IMG/VR virus record: IMGVR_UViG_3300035703_000038
Span: 1 to 64,000 of that record
DNA: 64,000 nucleotides
DNA from: a virus
Reading direction: 5' to 3' (one strand)
The translations under genes and the position numbers were made by a program. A model generated the notes under the pieces. The model did not search any database. It was not told where the DNA came from and saw only the letters and a program-made list of their open reading frames with translations. Each line of letters opens with the position of its first letter. The stretch's first letter is position 1. Shown one piece after another: positions 1-8,655 of the stretch.

Positions 1-1
1 A

Positions 2-97
2 TCAATTATCAAAGAGTGTGCCGACATTGCCTCAATAAACCAACATCAATATGAAAGTGTTGGCAAGTATGTACTAGAACATTTTGGAATCAAGTGA
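2..97 (+). CDS. 5'-truncated small phage protein of the 'MNERI...IIKE..HFG' type
   Basis: Frame 2 reads SIIKECADIASINQHQYESVGKYVLEHFGIK*, similar to the C-terminus of 285..509. Its TGA overlaps the next ATG. Confidence 0.6.
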   Translation, partial: SIIKECADIASINQHQYESVGKYVLEHFGIK

Positions 98-288
98 TGA
101 ACGAACGAATCAAACAATGGATTGATGCTGCCACTTATCAAGACCTGTTGCGTAAGTGGCGGTTTGCTTCTGTAGGCGATCCTATGTTCCAAGGGGAAAT
201 CGGTGAATATTACAGCAAGGTAATGGCAGAAAAAAGAAAAACTGCCGATCACATTCAAGCAAGCAAAAATGTAGGATGGGACAAATGA
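97..288 (+). CDS. hypothetical protein
   Basis: ORF starting MNERIKQW, with stop/start overlaps on both sides. Confidence 0.7.
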   Translation: MNERIKQWIDAATYQDLLRKWRFASVGDPMFQGEIGEYYSKVMAEKRKTADHIQASKNVGWDK

Positions 289-509
289 ACGAACGAATCC
301 GAGAACTTGCTGAAGAGGCTACTAAACACTATCCAGCAACAGAATCATCAGGCGAGTTTTGGACTTTTGACAAAGAAAAATTCGCCGAGTTGATTATCAA
401 AGAAGCGATTGATGTAGTCAATAAACGATACATGGGCGATAACAATCGTGAGGACTTTGAAGTCCGTCGTTGTGTGGAAGATTTGAAAAAGCATTTTGGA
501 GTTGAATAA
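285..509 (+). CDS. hypothetical protein ('MNERIRELAE...FAELII...KHFGVE' type)
   Basis: ATGA overlap with the upstream stop; looks paralogous to 2..97. Confidence 0.75.
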   Translation: MNERIRELAEEATKHYPATESSGEFWTFDKEKFAELIIKEAIDVVNKRYMGDNNREDFEVRRCVEDLKKHFGVE

Positions 510-883
510 TGGGCACTAATTATTATGTTGTTGAGAATGTTTGCGAATGCTGTAAGCGATATGATGAAAAATATCACATCGGCAAGAGTTCGTATGGTTG
601 GGCATTCTCTTTCCAAGGTTACAAGCACGATGGTCTGACCACTTGGCAAAAGTGGAAAGAGTATCTTGCTGACAAAATCATCTATAATGAGTGTGGTGAC
701 AAAATAGATTATACAGAATTTGTCAACTTGATTGAAACTTACAAAGGACCAAATCATATTCGTGCAGATGGTAAGAAAAATCTTGTCCACAATGTAGAAG
801 GTCGTAAGGAAGGCTGGTTCAATCCAGAGTATGATTGGGATGACCCAGAAGGGTTTTCTTTCTGTTCAAGAGAGTTTAGTTAG
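509..883 (+). CDS. hypothetical phage protein (MGTNYY...CxxC...HIGKSSYGW)
   Basis: 124-aa ORF with TAATG coupling. Confidence 0.75.
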   Translation: MGTNYYVVENVCECCKRYDEKYHIGKSSYGWAFSFQGYKHDGLTTWQKWKEYLADKIIYNECGDKIDYTEFVNLIETYKGPNHIRADGKKNLVHNVEGRKEGWFNPEYDWDDPEGFSFCSREFS

Positions 884-893
884 CAAGAATTGC

Positions 894-922
894 TTTACTT
901 TTTATTCTTGTTAGTATATAAT
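894..922 (+). promoter_or_regulatory. sigma70-type early promoter
   Basis: TTTACT-N17-TATAAT; the ATG at 929 follows after a 6-nt gap. Confidence 0.7.
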
Positions 923-928
923 GGATGT

Positions 929-1387
929 ATGAATACAATGTTTATCAAAACACCTGAAGATGGTTGCCATTTCATCGATGAAGAAATTGCTGTCATCGCC
1001 AAGCACTATGGTGCCAAGTATATGGGTCCATGGTCAATCCTACGACAGTCTGGTTGGTCTATCGATCCTGTTGATGTTTTCTATCAACCGAATCCTGATG
1101 TGAGCAAAGGGCATTCGCAATACTTTGGAATGTTTCGAACTTTCGAAGGTCAATCGATGATCACTGATGCTGCAAGTGCATTCAGCGAACCGATCACTGG
1201 CTTACTAACTGATGATGGTGAGGTTCTTGTAAGTCGCTATCGGCATGATTATGTCGAGAAAGGACCATACATGATTGATGGCGGTCGCGACTATTTGCGC
1301 ACAAGCGGCAGCAACGCTGATGGTAAGTTGGTCAAGGTGACTGTTGTCGATGGTGAGTTTCAGTTTGAGGTCTATGGTGAAGTTTGA
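929..1387 (+). CDS. hypothetical protein (SRYRHDY...IDGGRDYLR motif)
   Basis: ORF; ATG 929 just downstream of the promoter is preferred over TTG 890. Confidence 0.75.
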   Translation: MNTMFIKTPEDGCHFIDEEIAVIAKHYGAKYMGPWSILRQSGWSIDPVDVFYQPNPDVSKGHSQYFGMFRTFEGQSMITDAASAFSEPITGLLTDDGEVLVSRYRHDYVEKGPYMIDGGRDYLRTSGSNADGKLVKVTVVDGEFQFEVYGEV

Positions 1388-1388
1388 T

Positions 1389-1505
1389 ATGCATTGGGTC
1401 AAGCAATGGTCATTCGGATCAACAACGCGATTCAATAATGGAAATCCTTATCGTGACTTTCGCATTGGACCAATTATGATTCGATGTTTTTGGAGAAAGC
1501 AATGA
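1389..1505 (+). CDS. small hypothetical protein (38 aa)
   Basis: MHWVKQWSFG...FWRKQ* fills the gap and has an ATGA overlap with the next gene. Confidence 0.5.
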   Translation: MHWVKQWSFGSTTRFNNGNPYRDFRIGPIMIRCFWRKQ

Positions 1506-1810
1506 ATCGTGTTTGCTATTCGACAAACTTGATGGGACCAATTAACCTTGAGTGGATAAAGCAACACGGTGAAGGTTGGTGCGCTGGTCGCATTGACATT
1601 TACGGTGAGGGATTGTATCCTGATGAAATAGGATTGCCACCCATGAAGTCAGAGGACTGGGGTCGTTTTAGTAATTGGTTGGATACTTTTGAAACTGATT
1701 ATATGTGGACTCTTAGAATGTTGGTTTCTGAATACGAGAAAACAAATCCTAAGATTCAATGGCACCATACACCAGAATGGGAGATGTATAATGATAAAGA
1801 ATCTGAGTAA
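1502..1810 (+). CDS. hypothetical protein
   Basis: ORF starting MNRVCYSTN. Confidence 0.7.
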   Translation: MNRVCYSTNLMGPINLEWIKQHGEGWCAGRIDIYGEGLYPDEIGLPPMKSEDWGRFSNWLDTFETDYMWTLRMLVSEYEKTNPKIQWHHTPEWEMYNDKESE

Positions 1811-1946
1811 CACACAGAAGAAAATTTTTGCTGGGATTATTACAATCACATTCCCTATTTGGATGCTTGCCCTTCCATTTGTTATGTTAGTTGCAATGAT
1901 AGCAATTTTGTATGCGGAAATTACTTATGCGCTTGGAGTAAAGTGA
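1791..1946 (+). CDS. small membrane protein
   Basis: MIKNLSNTQKK followed by a long hydrophobic stretch. Confidence 0.6.
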   Translation: MIKNLSNTQKKIFAGIITITFPIWMLALPFVMLVAMIAILYAEITYALGVK

Positions 1947-1947
1947 T

Positions 1948-2130
1948 ATGTATGATGATAAACACTATTATGTAGTTCCAATTATTGTGCTTGCTGTATT
2001 TCTGTTTGTTTTGGGATATCTGCTTGGATTCACTCTTACTGAGAAAAGAATCTATAACAATTGTCTCGAAACCAATGCAACGATGATTCATCAAGATGCA
2101 GTTGCAAAGTGTAGAGAGTTAATAAAATGA
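1948..2130 (+). CDS. small membrane protein
   Basis: N-terminal hydrophobic helix plus two Cys. Confidence 0.65.
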   Translation: MYDDKHYYVVPIIVLAVFLFVLGYLLGFTLTEKRIYNNCLETNATMIHQDAVAKCRELIK

Positions 2131-2591
2131 GTAGATATAAAGAACATGCTTTAGAAGAATTTCGTGCCGCTGGTTGGACTGACGAAAACGGAAAGTTCCG
2201 CGATGAGTGGCAAGAAGAAATTTGCAATCACATTTTGGATTTGCTTGCTGCGTTTGCCAAAGGAGATCACTCTGGCACAACTGCACCATACACTGTCCGT
2301 TTGTTTGAGAAACTGGCACTGTTTCAACCCATCGCACCGTTGACTGGTGAGGATTGGGAATGGATCGATGTTGCCGAACGTGATGGTGGGCGTGTCTATC
2401 AGAACAAACGCGCAAGCCATGTGTTCAAAGATGATAATGGTGCATATGACATTAACGGAATCATTTTTTACGAATGGCTTACTCGTGAAGATGGTACGCA
2501 ATTCAAGAGTTACTTCACGAGTGAAGGAAGTCGCGTTCCTGTGACTTTCCCATACACTCCGACTTCTGTTTATAGAGAAATGAAATTATGA
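2127..2591 (+). CDS. hypothetical phage protein
   Basis: 154-aa ORF (HSG..APY, PLTGEDWEW, QNKR), ATGA-coupled. Confidence 0.75.
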   Translation: MSRYKEHALEEFRAAGWTDENGKFRDEWQEEICNHILDLLAAFAKGDHSGTTAPYTVRLFEKLALFQPIAPLTGEDWEWIDVAERDGGRVYQNKRASHVFKDDNGAYDINGIIFYEWLTREDGTQFKSYFTSEGSRVPVTFPYTPTSVYREMKL

Positions 2592-2875
2592 ACAGAGAAA
2601 AGATCTTTCGTAAACTCTATCAAAATCAAGTTGACAGAGAAAAGTGGCTGAACAGTGTTCCATCAGAAATTCAGATGGTTTTCTGGAACACACCGTATAT
2701 TGACTCATGCATTCGTGATCGTAATATGATGGTGGAATATGTTTTCGGAGAGCATCTCGACGCAATCGATTGGTTTCTGTATGACTGGCAACCTGGATAT
2801 GAAGTCGATGGAACACCAATTCGAGACATCGATCATTACATTGAGTTCCTAAAACAGACACAGGGGTTTGAATGA
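2588..2875 (+). CDS. hypothetical protein
   Basis: ORF, ATGA-coupled. Confidence 0.7.
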   Translation: MNREKIFRKLYQNQVDREKWLNSVPSEIQMVFWNTPYIDSCIRDRNMMVEYVFGEHLDAIDWFLYDWQPGYEVDGTPIRDIDHYIEFLKQTQGFE

Positions 2876-2878
2876 AAT

Positions 2879-3247
2879 ATGAAAAGTGAAGAACAAGTGA
2901 GAGAACATATGCAAGCAAAGCGCGAACTGGAATGGTGGGAACATTATCCGCTACACAAGTGGTGGTGTAATGATCTCTGTCCTATCGTTCCTCGATTTCA
3001 TTATCGAAAGGGTGACAAATATAGTTCTAATGCTTACAGTTTGCAATGGCTGCTCCTTCATGTTTGGTCGATGGATCATGTGAGTTTCGGTGTAGATGCT
3101 GAAGTGGGGTTTTCAACTATAAGAGTCGGAATAAGTCTCCCATACTTACGAATCAATATCGGATTCTTGCATGTGTATAGTGGATGGAATTGGAAACTTG
3201 ACCGATTTTTCTCTCGCCGACCTAAAATAGAAATGGAACAAGAATAA
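2879..3247 (+). CDS. hypothetical protein
   Basis: 122-aa Trp-rich ORF. Confidence 0.7.
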   Translation: MKSEEQVREHMQAKRELEWWEHYPLHKWWCNDLCPIVPRFHYRKGDKYSSNAYSLQWLLLHVWSMDHVSFGVDAEVGFSTIRVGISLPYLRINIGFLHVYSGWNWKLDRFFSRRPKIEMEQE

Positions 3248-3250
3248 CCC

Positions 3251-3279
3251 TTTACTTGTAACTCTTGCTAGAGTATAAT
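3251..3279 (+). promoter_or_regulatory. sigma70-type early promoter
   Basis: TTTACT-N17-TATAAT; the ATG at 3286 follows after a 6-nt gap. Confidence 0.75.
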
Positions 3280-3285
3280 AAAAGT

Positions 3286-3525
3286 ATGAAAAACGAACAT
3301 GGTCATTGCCCAAATTGCAATGCGAATCTTGATGGTGGTTCTATTTGGGAACACTTCTTCAAGGAAACTGGAGACGAGCGAGAAGCAACAAGAGTTGCCG
3401 ATATGTATGGTGCCACTCGCGAAAAAGGTCAGTGGGGTCGTGCGATTGCATTATATGATCGTGATGAAGACCGAACTGTGGCTTGGAAGTGTCCCGATTG
3501 TGGACACGTATGGGAGAGAACATGA
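3286..3525 (+). CDS. zinc-ribbon protein
   Basis: CPNC...CPDC pairs. Confidence 0.7.
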   Translation: MKNEHGHCPNCNANLDGGSIWEHFFKETGDEREATRVADMYGATREKGQWGRAIALYDRDEDRTVAWKCPDCGHVWERT

Positions 3526-3752
3526 ATAGGAAAGTGTCTGTTGAACTTGAATGGGACGCTGTAGATAGTATCGCTGTCTTTTCAATGAAGAGTACTCTAG
3601 AGAATCTTGAGATCCGTCTTCAAGAACGAAATGATGATTCTGGTATGGCAGTCTTCGTTGCAGAGAAAGAGTTCGATGTGCTGCTTCTAGAAAAGCACAT
3701 AGAAGCCTTAAATTTACTTTTGAAGTATTATGGGGAGAATGTAAGTGAGTAA
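3522..3752 (+). CDS. hypothetical protein
   Basis: ORF starting MNRKVSVELEW, ATGA overlap. Confidence 0.65.
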   Translation: MNRKVSVELEWDAVDSIAVFSMKSTLENLEIRLQERNDDSGMAVFVAEKEFDVLLLEKHIEALNLLLKYYGENVSE

Positions 3753-4032
3753 AGCATTTGTGGATAAGGATGGAAAGATCTTTGCAGCTTTCGACAGGTT
3801 TGAGTTTGAAACTCAGATTATGTCTTGCTGGGGTGTAACAACAGACATCAAGGATCTTTCTGAAGAGGTCTTAGAGGGTGACCTAACAAAAGATCAAATC
3901 ACCAATGTTCTTATTGGTATTGAACAGCTATATAATATTCGGTTCGAGAAGTTGTTCCGTCAGTTTGAGCAATTGCTCCGTGAGCATGCCCGAACCCTTG
4001 ATAAGTTACCAGAGGTCGATAAGGTTGATTGA
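3745..4032 (+). CDS. hypothetical T4-like phage protein
   Basis: GTG start after GGAG; DRFEFE..IM.CW...D motif. Confidence 0.7.
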   Translation: MSKAFVDKDGKIFAAFDRFEFETQIMSCWGVTTDIKDLSEEVLEGDLTKDQITNVLIGIEQLYNIRFEKLFRQFEQLLREHARTLDKLPEVDKVD

Positions 4033-4054
4033 TATAGATTCAATTGTTTACAAT
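4025..4054 (+). promoter_or_regulatory. sigma70-type promoter
   Basis: TTGATT-N18-TACAAT; the ATG at 4061 follows after a 6-nt gap. Confidence 0.55.
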
Positions 4055-4060
4055 AATACA

Positions 4061-4654
4061 ATGTGTAGCAAGAAGCGAGTAGAAGCGCTTGCTAGAGCTA
4101 TTCATTATGTTGTGGATAACAATATACCTGGTGACTTTGTGGAATGTGGCACATGGAGAGGTGGCCTAGCGGCTTTGATGCTACACAATATTACCATGCA
4201 TTGTTTAGACAAGAAGATCTACATTTATGATACATTCGAAGGAATGCCAGAACCAGGTGAAAATGATTGTGGCACTTCTAAGAGAATGTATGAAGAGAAT
4301 AAAGGCGATTGGTGTAAAGCTGGACTAGATGTTGTACAATCAGTATTAGAAGAGATTGCTCTTACATATAATCACTACTGTAGATTTGTTGTTGGTAAGG
4401 TTGAAGATACTTTAGACACAACACATCCAGGTACAATTGCTCTAGCTAGATTAGACACCGATTGGTATTCTTCTACTAAGAAGGAATTAGAGGTTCTATA
4501 TCCACTGGTGGTCAGTAATGGATTTGTTCTTATTGATGACTATTCAGATTGGAATGGATGTAAGCAGGCTGTGGATGAATACTTCTCTACTATTCACCAA
4601 GCTACATATACTAAGTCAATCGTAGATGGATCACTGGTGATACAAAAGAAATGA
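4061..4654 (+). CDS. TylF/MycF/NovP-family O-methyltransferase
   Basis: Family motifs PGDFVECGTWRGG, YDTFEGMP, RLDTDWYSST and GFVLIDDY. Confidence 0.85.
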   Translation: MCSKKRVEALARAIHYVVDNNIPGDFVECGTWRGGLAALMLHNITMHCLDKKIYIYDTFEGMPEPGENDCGTSKRMYEENKGDWCKAGLDVVQSVLEEIALTYNHYCRFVVGKVEDTLDTTHPGTIALARLDTDWYSSTKKELEVLYPLVVSNGFVLIDDYSDWNGCKQAVDEYFSTIHQATYTKSIVDGSLVIQKK

Positions 4655-5235
4655 AAACATATTCCATAAAAGAAGGCTACAAGGTTCGTTTGAACAACAT
4701 GTTCTATAACGACACTGGAATGAAAGACGAGTGGCAGAAAGAAGTGTATGTGTATGCTCGCCAGCAGTTTGATATTCACAAGCTAACAAGTGTATGGGAT
4801 ATTGGTACTGGGTCTGGTTTCAAACTACTTAAGTACTTTGATGATGTTAAGACACTTGGCACTGATCTTACACCAACTGTTGATTGGTTGAAGAAGACAT
4901 ACCCAGATAAAGAATGGTCTGACAGCTTTGATGTCTTCCATGGATATGATATGATCATCTGTTCCGATGTCATCGAACACATTCTAGATCCAGATCCTCT
5001 TTTAGATACAATCGAAGCTGCTAACCCTAAATTGATCGTATTCTCTACTCCTGACCGTATGCTCTTTCCAAAAGGCCATGATGGTCCTCCAGATAACATT
5101 TGCCATGTAAGAGAGTGGACGACGTTTGAATTTGGAGATTACATTAGTTCTAGGTTCCAGGTCCTGGACCACTTCATATCTAATGAAAAGCAGGCTACCC
5201 AATGCCTTTTGGCCTGCCTAAAACCGCAATCCTAA
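4651..5235 (+). CDS. class I SAM-dependent methyltransferase
   Basis: VWDIGTGSG motif I; YDMIICSDVIEHI.DP; FSTP. Confidence 0.85.
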   Translation: MKTYSIKEGYKVRLNNMFYNDTGMKDEWQKEVYVYARQQFDIHKLTSVWDIGTGSGFKLLKYFDDVKTLGTDLTPTVDWLKKTYPDKEWSDSFDVFHGYDMIICSDVIEHILDPDPLLDTIEAANPKLIVFSTPDRMLFPKGHDGPPDNICHVREWTTFEFGDYISSRFQVLDHFISNEKQATQCLLACLKPQS

Positions 5236-5247
5236 AAAGTCCTGTAG

Positions 5248-5310
5248 AATCAACAAGTTACGAATCCTTAAAAATCAAGGAGTTACGTGAAATACTGTAA
5301 CCCCTTGATT
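5248..5310. promoter_or_regulatory. three IHF-consensus (WATCAANNNNTTR) sites
   Basis: AATCAACAAGTTA at 5248-5260 (+), AATCAAGGAGTTA at 5273-5285 (+), TAACCCCTTGATT at 5298-5310 (-). Confidence 0.65.
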
Positions 5311-5317
5311 CTACGTG

Positions 5318-5345
5318 TTGCCTTTGCTAACCATTCGCGTATAGT
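5318..5345 (+). promoter_or_regulatory. sigma70-type promoter
   Basis: TTGCCT-N16-TATAGT upstream of ATG 5354. Confidence 0.55.
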
Positions 5346-5353
5346 GGACGCAT

Positions 5354-5518
5354 ATGGAAACAACTGCAATTGAACAAGAGGTCTGGAACGAGTACGAACT
5401 CGTCCAGGGTGTTATGGACGCCGAGCAAGAGGAGCAAGAGCTGCTTGCTTGGATCGAGAGCCGCCTTGGTGGCTACGATGATGCCTGTGATGGTATCGAT
5501 CCTAGGGAGTGGAAGTAA
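5354..5518 (+). CDS. small acidic protein (54 aa)
   Basis: METTAIEQEVWNEYELVQG...DPREWK*; TAATG overlap with the next gene; not in the ORF track. Confidence 0.65.
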   Translation: METTAIEQEVWNEYELVQGVMDAEQEEQELLAWIESRLGGYDDACDGIDPREWK

Positions 5519-5742
5519 TGAACATCGATGATCGTCATGGTAGTCCCTATGATCGTGGTCGCGCTGATAGTTACTATCGTCGTGGTCGTAGACCCCATTA
5601 CATGGAAGCTGACATAAACGGCTACGTTACTTTCAACAGTAAGGAGATTACTCAAGAGCATATGACATCTCAACAGATTGCTGAGTATCATTTTGGCTTT
5701 GATGAGAATGAAGCTGACCAGAACTTTAAGGAGTGGGAATGA
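5518..5742 (+). CDS. hypothetical protein (RHGSPYDRG.ADSYY.R...PHY motif)
   Basis: ORF coupled to the upstream stop. Confidence 0.75.
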   Translation: MNIDDRHGSPYDRGRADSYYRRGRRPHYMEADINGYVTFNSKEITQEHMTSQQIAEYHFGFDENEADQNFKEWE

Positions 5743-5743
5743 G

Positions 5744-5980
5744 ATGAAAAACATTAGTTCAGAACTCAATGAGGCTTCTCTTCAACAACTGTTCGATGCT
5801 CTCGAAGCTCGAGGTGGCAAAGACTACACTCTTGGCTACGTCTTTAGCATGATGCATCGTTTCATGAACGACAATCCGAAGCTTCGGAAAGACATCGAAC
5901 ATAGTATCAACAACATTCATAAACTTAACAAGACGAGCCCTTGGCTTGCAAAGGAGATTAAAAATGGGTTTCTTCAGTGA
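5744..5980 (+). CDS. hypothetical protein
   Basis: ORF starting MKNISSEL. Confidence 0.65.
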   Translation: MKNISSELNEASLQQLFDALEARGGKDYTLGYVFSMMHRFMNDNPKLRKDIEHSINNIHKLNKTSPWLAKEIKNGFLQ

Positions 5981-6182
5981 AATTGATATTGAAATCAACG
6001 ACATGATCGCCGAAGGCGCAACTCGTAGTGAAGTACTCGCAAAGTACTCGTTCCTAACCGAACGTGAACTTGAGGCCTACTTCAACCGAGACTTCGACTA
6101 TAGCCATCAAGATGGTGATGTTGTAAGTTATGATGATCTAGTCAGCGAACCAGAAGACACTTGGATTGAAGAGCATTATTAA
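5964..6182 (+). CDS. acidic hypothetical protein
   Basis: AAGGAG RBS before MGFFSEIDIE. Confidence 0.7.
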   Translation: MGFFSEIDIEINDMIAEGATRSEVLAKYSFLTERELEAYFNRDFDYSHQDGDVVSYDDLVSEPEDTWIEEHY

Positions 6183-6183
6183 T

Positions 6184-6426
6184 ATGTTAACTCATAGAGA
6201 AGTAAGAGAGATTGTCCGTACAATTTCTGGTACTAAGGATTATGGTTATATGGATAAGAGTAAGACTGATCCAAGTTTGTACAATCTTGCATTCTGTAAA
6301 ACTGGTACGTGGGAACCTGATCTGGTTGATGCTATCAAAGAGGCGTTGACTGCAGCTGGTCATACTGACCAAGTTAAGGTAACTGGTAATGGTCATTACT
6401 TAAGAATACACCGTACTGGAGTTTGA
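6184..6426 (+). CDS. hypothetical protein
   Basis: ORF starting MLTHREV. Confidence 0.65.
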   Translation: MLTHREVREIVRTISGTKDYGYMDKSKTDPSLYNLAFCKTGTWEPDLVDAIKEALTAAGHTDQVKVTGNGHYLRIHRTGV

Positions 6427-6427
6427 T

Positions 6428-6844
6428 ATGATCTTTAGAGAAGACATTAACACTCGTAAGATCTATAAGTTTGAACGAGAGTACTTCTGGGGCGAGCCTT
6501 CACTTCCGATGAAGATGCTCCAGGATCTTGCAAACAAGATCTGGGAGTCAGAAGGTAAGGAAGATCCATTGCCTCGTGTTGTCTCTGGCAAAGGAACCAA
6601 GTATAATGGACGGTACTTCTCTTACTTCGATGGCGAGAAGGTTGAGCTTGCTCGGTCTGAGCGTAAGAGAACTGTCTTAATACATGAGATGGTTCATGCG
6701 CTTGGATATGATGAGCATGATGATGGGTTTGCCTGTAAGTACTTCGAACTGCTAGAGCAGTTTGCTGGTTACAGTTACAGAGATCTTCTGTACATTGGAA
6801 TTGAATACAAGTTGGTTGAGGAACCGGAAGCAGATATATGGTAG
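6428..6844 (+). CDS. zincin/SprT-like metalloprotease domain protein
   Basis: VLIHEMVH (HExxH) followed by H..F. Confidence 0.65.
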   Translation: MIFREDINTRKIYKFEREYFWGEPSLPMKMLQDLANKIWESEGKEDPLPRVVSGKGTKYNGRYFSYFDGEKVELARSERKRTVLIHEMVHALGYDEHDDGFACKYFELLEQFAGYSYRDLLYIGIEYKLVEEPEADIW

Positions 6845-8157
6845 ATTCGATTTTCAATCAGTTGGCAGCAACATCTTCTCGTTTGGAGAAGGAGGCTATC
6901 TTGACTGCCAATAAGGATAACGAAGTTCTAAAGCGTACATGCTTCTTGGCTCTTGATCCTTTCATTAACTTCTACATCCGGAAGATTCCAAAGTATAAGA
7001 CCGATGTTGGCCCATATGTGTCACTAGCACAAGCACTTGAAGACCTCTTGCCTCTTTCAACAAGAGCTGTAACAGGCAATGCTGCCATTGATTATCTAAC
7101 CAATGTTCTCAAGAACCTTGAGCCAGAAGATGCTAAGGTTGTTGAGCGAGTGATTGAAAAGGATCTACGCTGTGGTGTATCAGAGGCCACAGTCAATAAG
7201 ATTTGGCCTGGTCTGATTGCTACGTATCCTTGTATGCTTGCATCTGGATATGAGGACAGGCTCGTAAGTAAGATTACATGGCCTGCCAATGTCCAATTGA
7301 AGTTGGATGGTATGAGATTCAATGCTATTGTAAAGAATGGCTCTGTAGAGTTTCGTTCTCGTAATGGTAAGTTGTTGAATCTTCTTGGTCAGCTTGAGCC
7401 AGAGTTCTTGGCCATTGCTGGTAGCGACAATGTCGTGTTTGATGGCGAACTTAATGTCATGGATAATGACACAATGCAGTTCATGCCTCGTCAGATTGGC
7501 AATGGTATTCTCTCCAAGGCTCAGAAAGGAACTTTGACTCTTGGTGATGCTGCTCTCATCCATGCAACAGTTTGGGATTGGATTCCGTATGAGGACTTCC
7601 TAAAAAGCGAATGCTCGATGCCCTATCGTATGCGACTGAATTCACTATTCTCTTCAATGGACAATGCTGCCTACGAGAAGAACGAATTCCGAGTTGGCAA
7701 GGTTCATAAGGTTTGGAACAAGGATGTTAACAACATCGAAGAGGCGCAGGCTATGTTTGAAGAGTTGTTGGGCGAGGGCCAGGAAGGCATCATCCTAAAA
7801 GATTTGATTTCCAAATGGGAAGATAAGAGAGCGAAACACCAGATCAAATTCAAGGGAGAACTGGAATGCGATCTAATGTGCGTCGATTGGGTCGAGGGTA
7901 CTGGTAAGAATGCCGGTCGCTTAGGTGCCCTGGTTCTTGAGTCAGCTTGCGGCAAGATTAAGGTGAACGTAGGCACTGGGTTTACGGACTATGATCGTAA
8001 TAAGATCACTAAGGACGTTGTTGGTAAAGTAATCTCCATTAAGTATAATGGTAGGATTGTTGACCAACGAACTGGTGTTTCGAGTCTCTTTCTTCCTGTG
8101 TTCATTGAGGTTAGGGAAGATAAAGATACAGCGGATGACTCCAAAAACATTAAATAA
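6838..8157 (+). CDS. gp30: ATP-dependent DNA ligase (T4 gp30-like)
   Basis: KLDGMR adenylation motif, FDGEL, EGIILK, and C-terminal LFLPVF...R.DK. Confidence 0.95.
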   Translation: MVDSIFNQLAATSSRLEKEAILTANKDNEVLKRTCFLALDPFINFYIRKIPKYKTDVGPYVSLAQALEDLLPLSTRAVTGNAAIDYLTNVLKNLEPEDAKVVERVIEKDLRCGVSEATVNKIWPGLIATYPCMLASGYEDRLVSKITWPANVQLKLDGMRFNAIVKNGSVEFRSRNGKLLNLLGQLEPEFLAIAGSDNVVFDGELNVMDNDTMQFMPRQIGNGILSKAQKGTLTLGDAALIHATVWDWIPYEDFLKSECSMPYRMRLNSLFSSMDNAAYEKNEFRVGKVHKVWNKDVNNIEEAQAMFEELLGEGQEGIILKDLISKWEDKRAKHQIKFKGELECDLMCVDWVEGTGKNAGRLGALVLESACGKIKVNVGTGFTDYDRNKITKDVVGKVISIKYNGRIVDQRTGVSSLFLPVFIEVREDKDTADDSKNIK

Positions 8158-8160
8158 CTG

Positions 8161-8189
8161 TTGATGTTTGGATGTGATTCAGCTATAGT
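8161..8189 (+). promoter_or_regulatory. sigma70-type promoter
   Basis: TTGATG-N17-TATAGT in an intergenic gap. Confidence 0.55.
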
Positions 8190-8225
8190 GATGGCTAAAT
8201 ATTTTATATCTAAGGAGTGATATTA

Positions 8226-8444
8226 ATGGCTGACCAAAAATTAACGCTAGTGTTAAGTGTAGAGGATGTTAACCTCGTACTTAATGCTCTTGCAGAACTA
8301 CCTGCTAAGGTTTCTATGAATTTGATTAACAATGTTTCGGTACAGGCACAGAAGCAGCTCCAGGCTACCCAACAGGCACCTAGTATGGCCGAAGCTTCTA
8401 GAGCTGTAACGAATGATATTCGTGATATTGAGGTTAATAACTAA
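8226..8444 (+). CDS. hypothetical protein
   Basis: AAGGAG RBS; L.VEDVN..L.AL.ELP motif. Confidence 0.7.
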   Translation: MADQKLTLVLSVEDVNLVLNALAELPAKVSMNLINNVSVQAQKQLQATQQAPSMAEASRAVTNDIRDIEVNN

Positions 8445-8445
8445 T

Positions 8446-8655
8446 ATGGCTAACAGAAGTGACTTTCAATCCGACTTCCCTCGTTCGTTGAAGCGTATGC
8501 TTGCAATGGAGTCAGCTTATGGTTGGATTGAAAACAACCAACAGCGTGGTGAGCTGAAACGTATCTGGAGAACTGCTCATAAGCACCATCGCGATTACAT
8601 TAATAAGCGTGGGACGATGGCTGTTGGCCAGAATGTAGACGAGACTAGTGAATGA
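8446..8655 (+). CDS. hypothetical protein
   Basis: GAGG RBS; starts MANRSDF. Confidence 0.7.
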   Translation: MANRSDFQSDFPRSLKRMLAMESAYGWIENNQQRGELKRIWRTAHKHHRDYINKRGTMAVGQNVDETSE

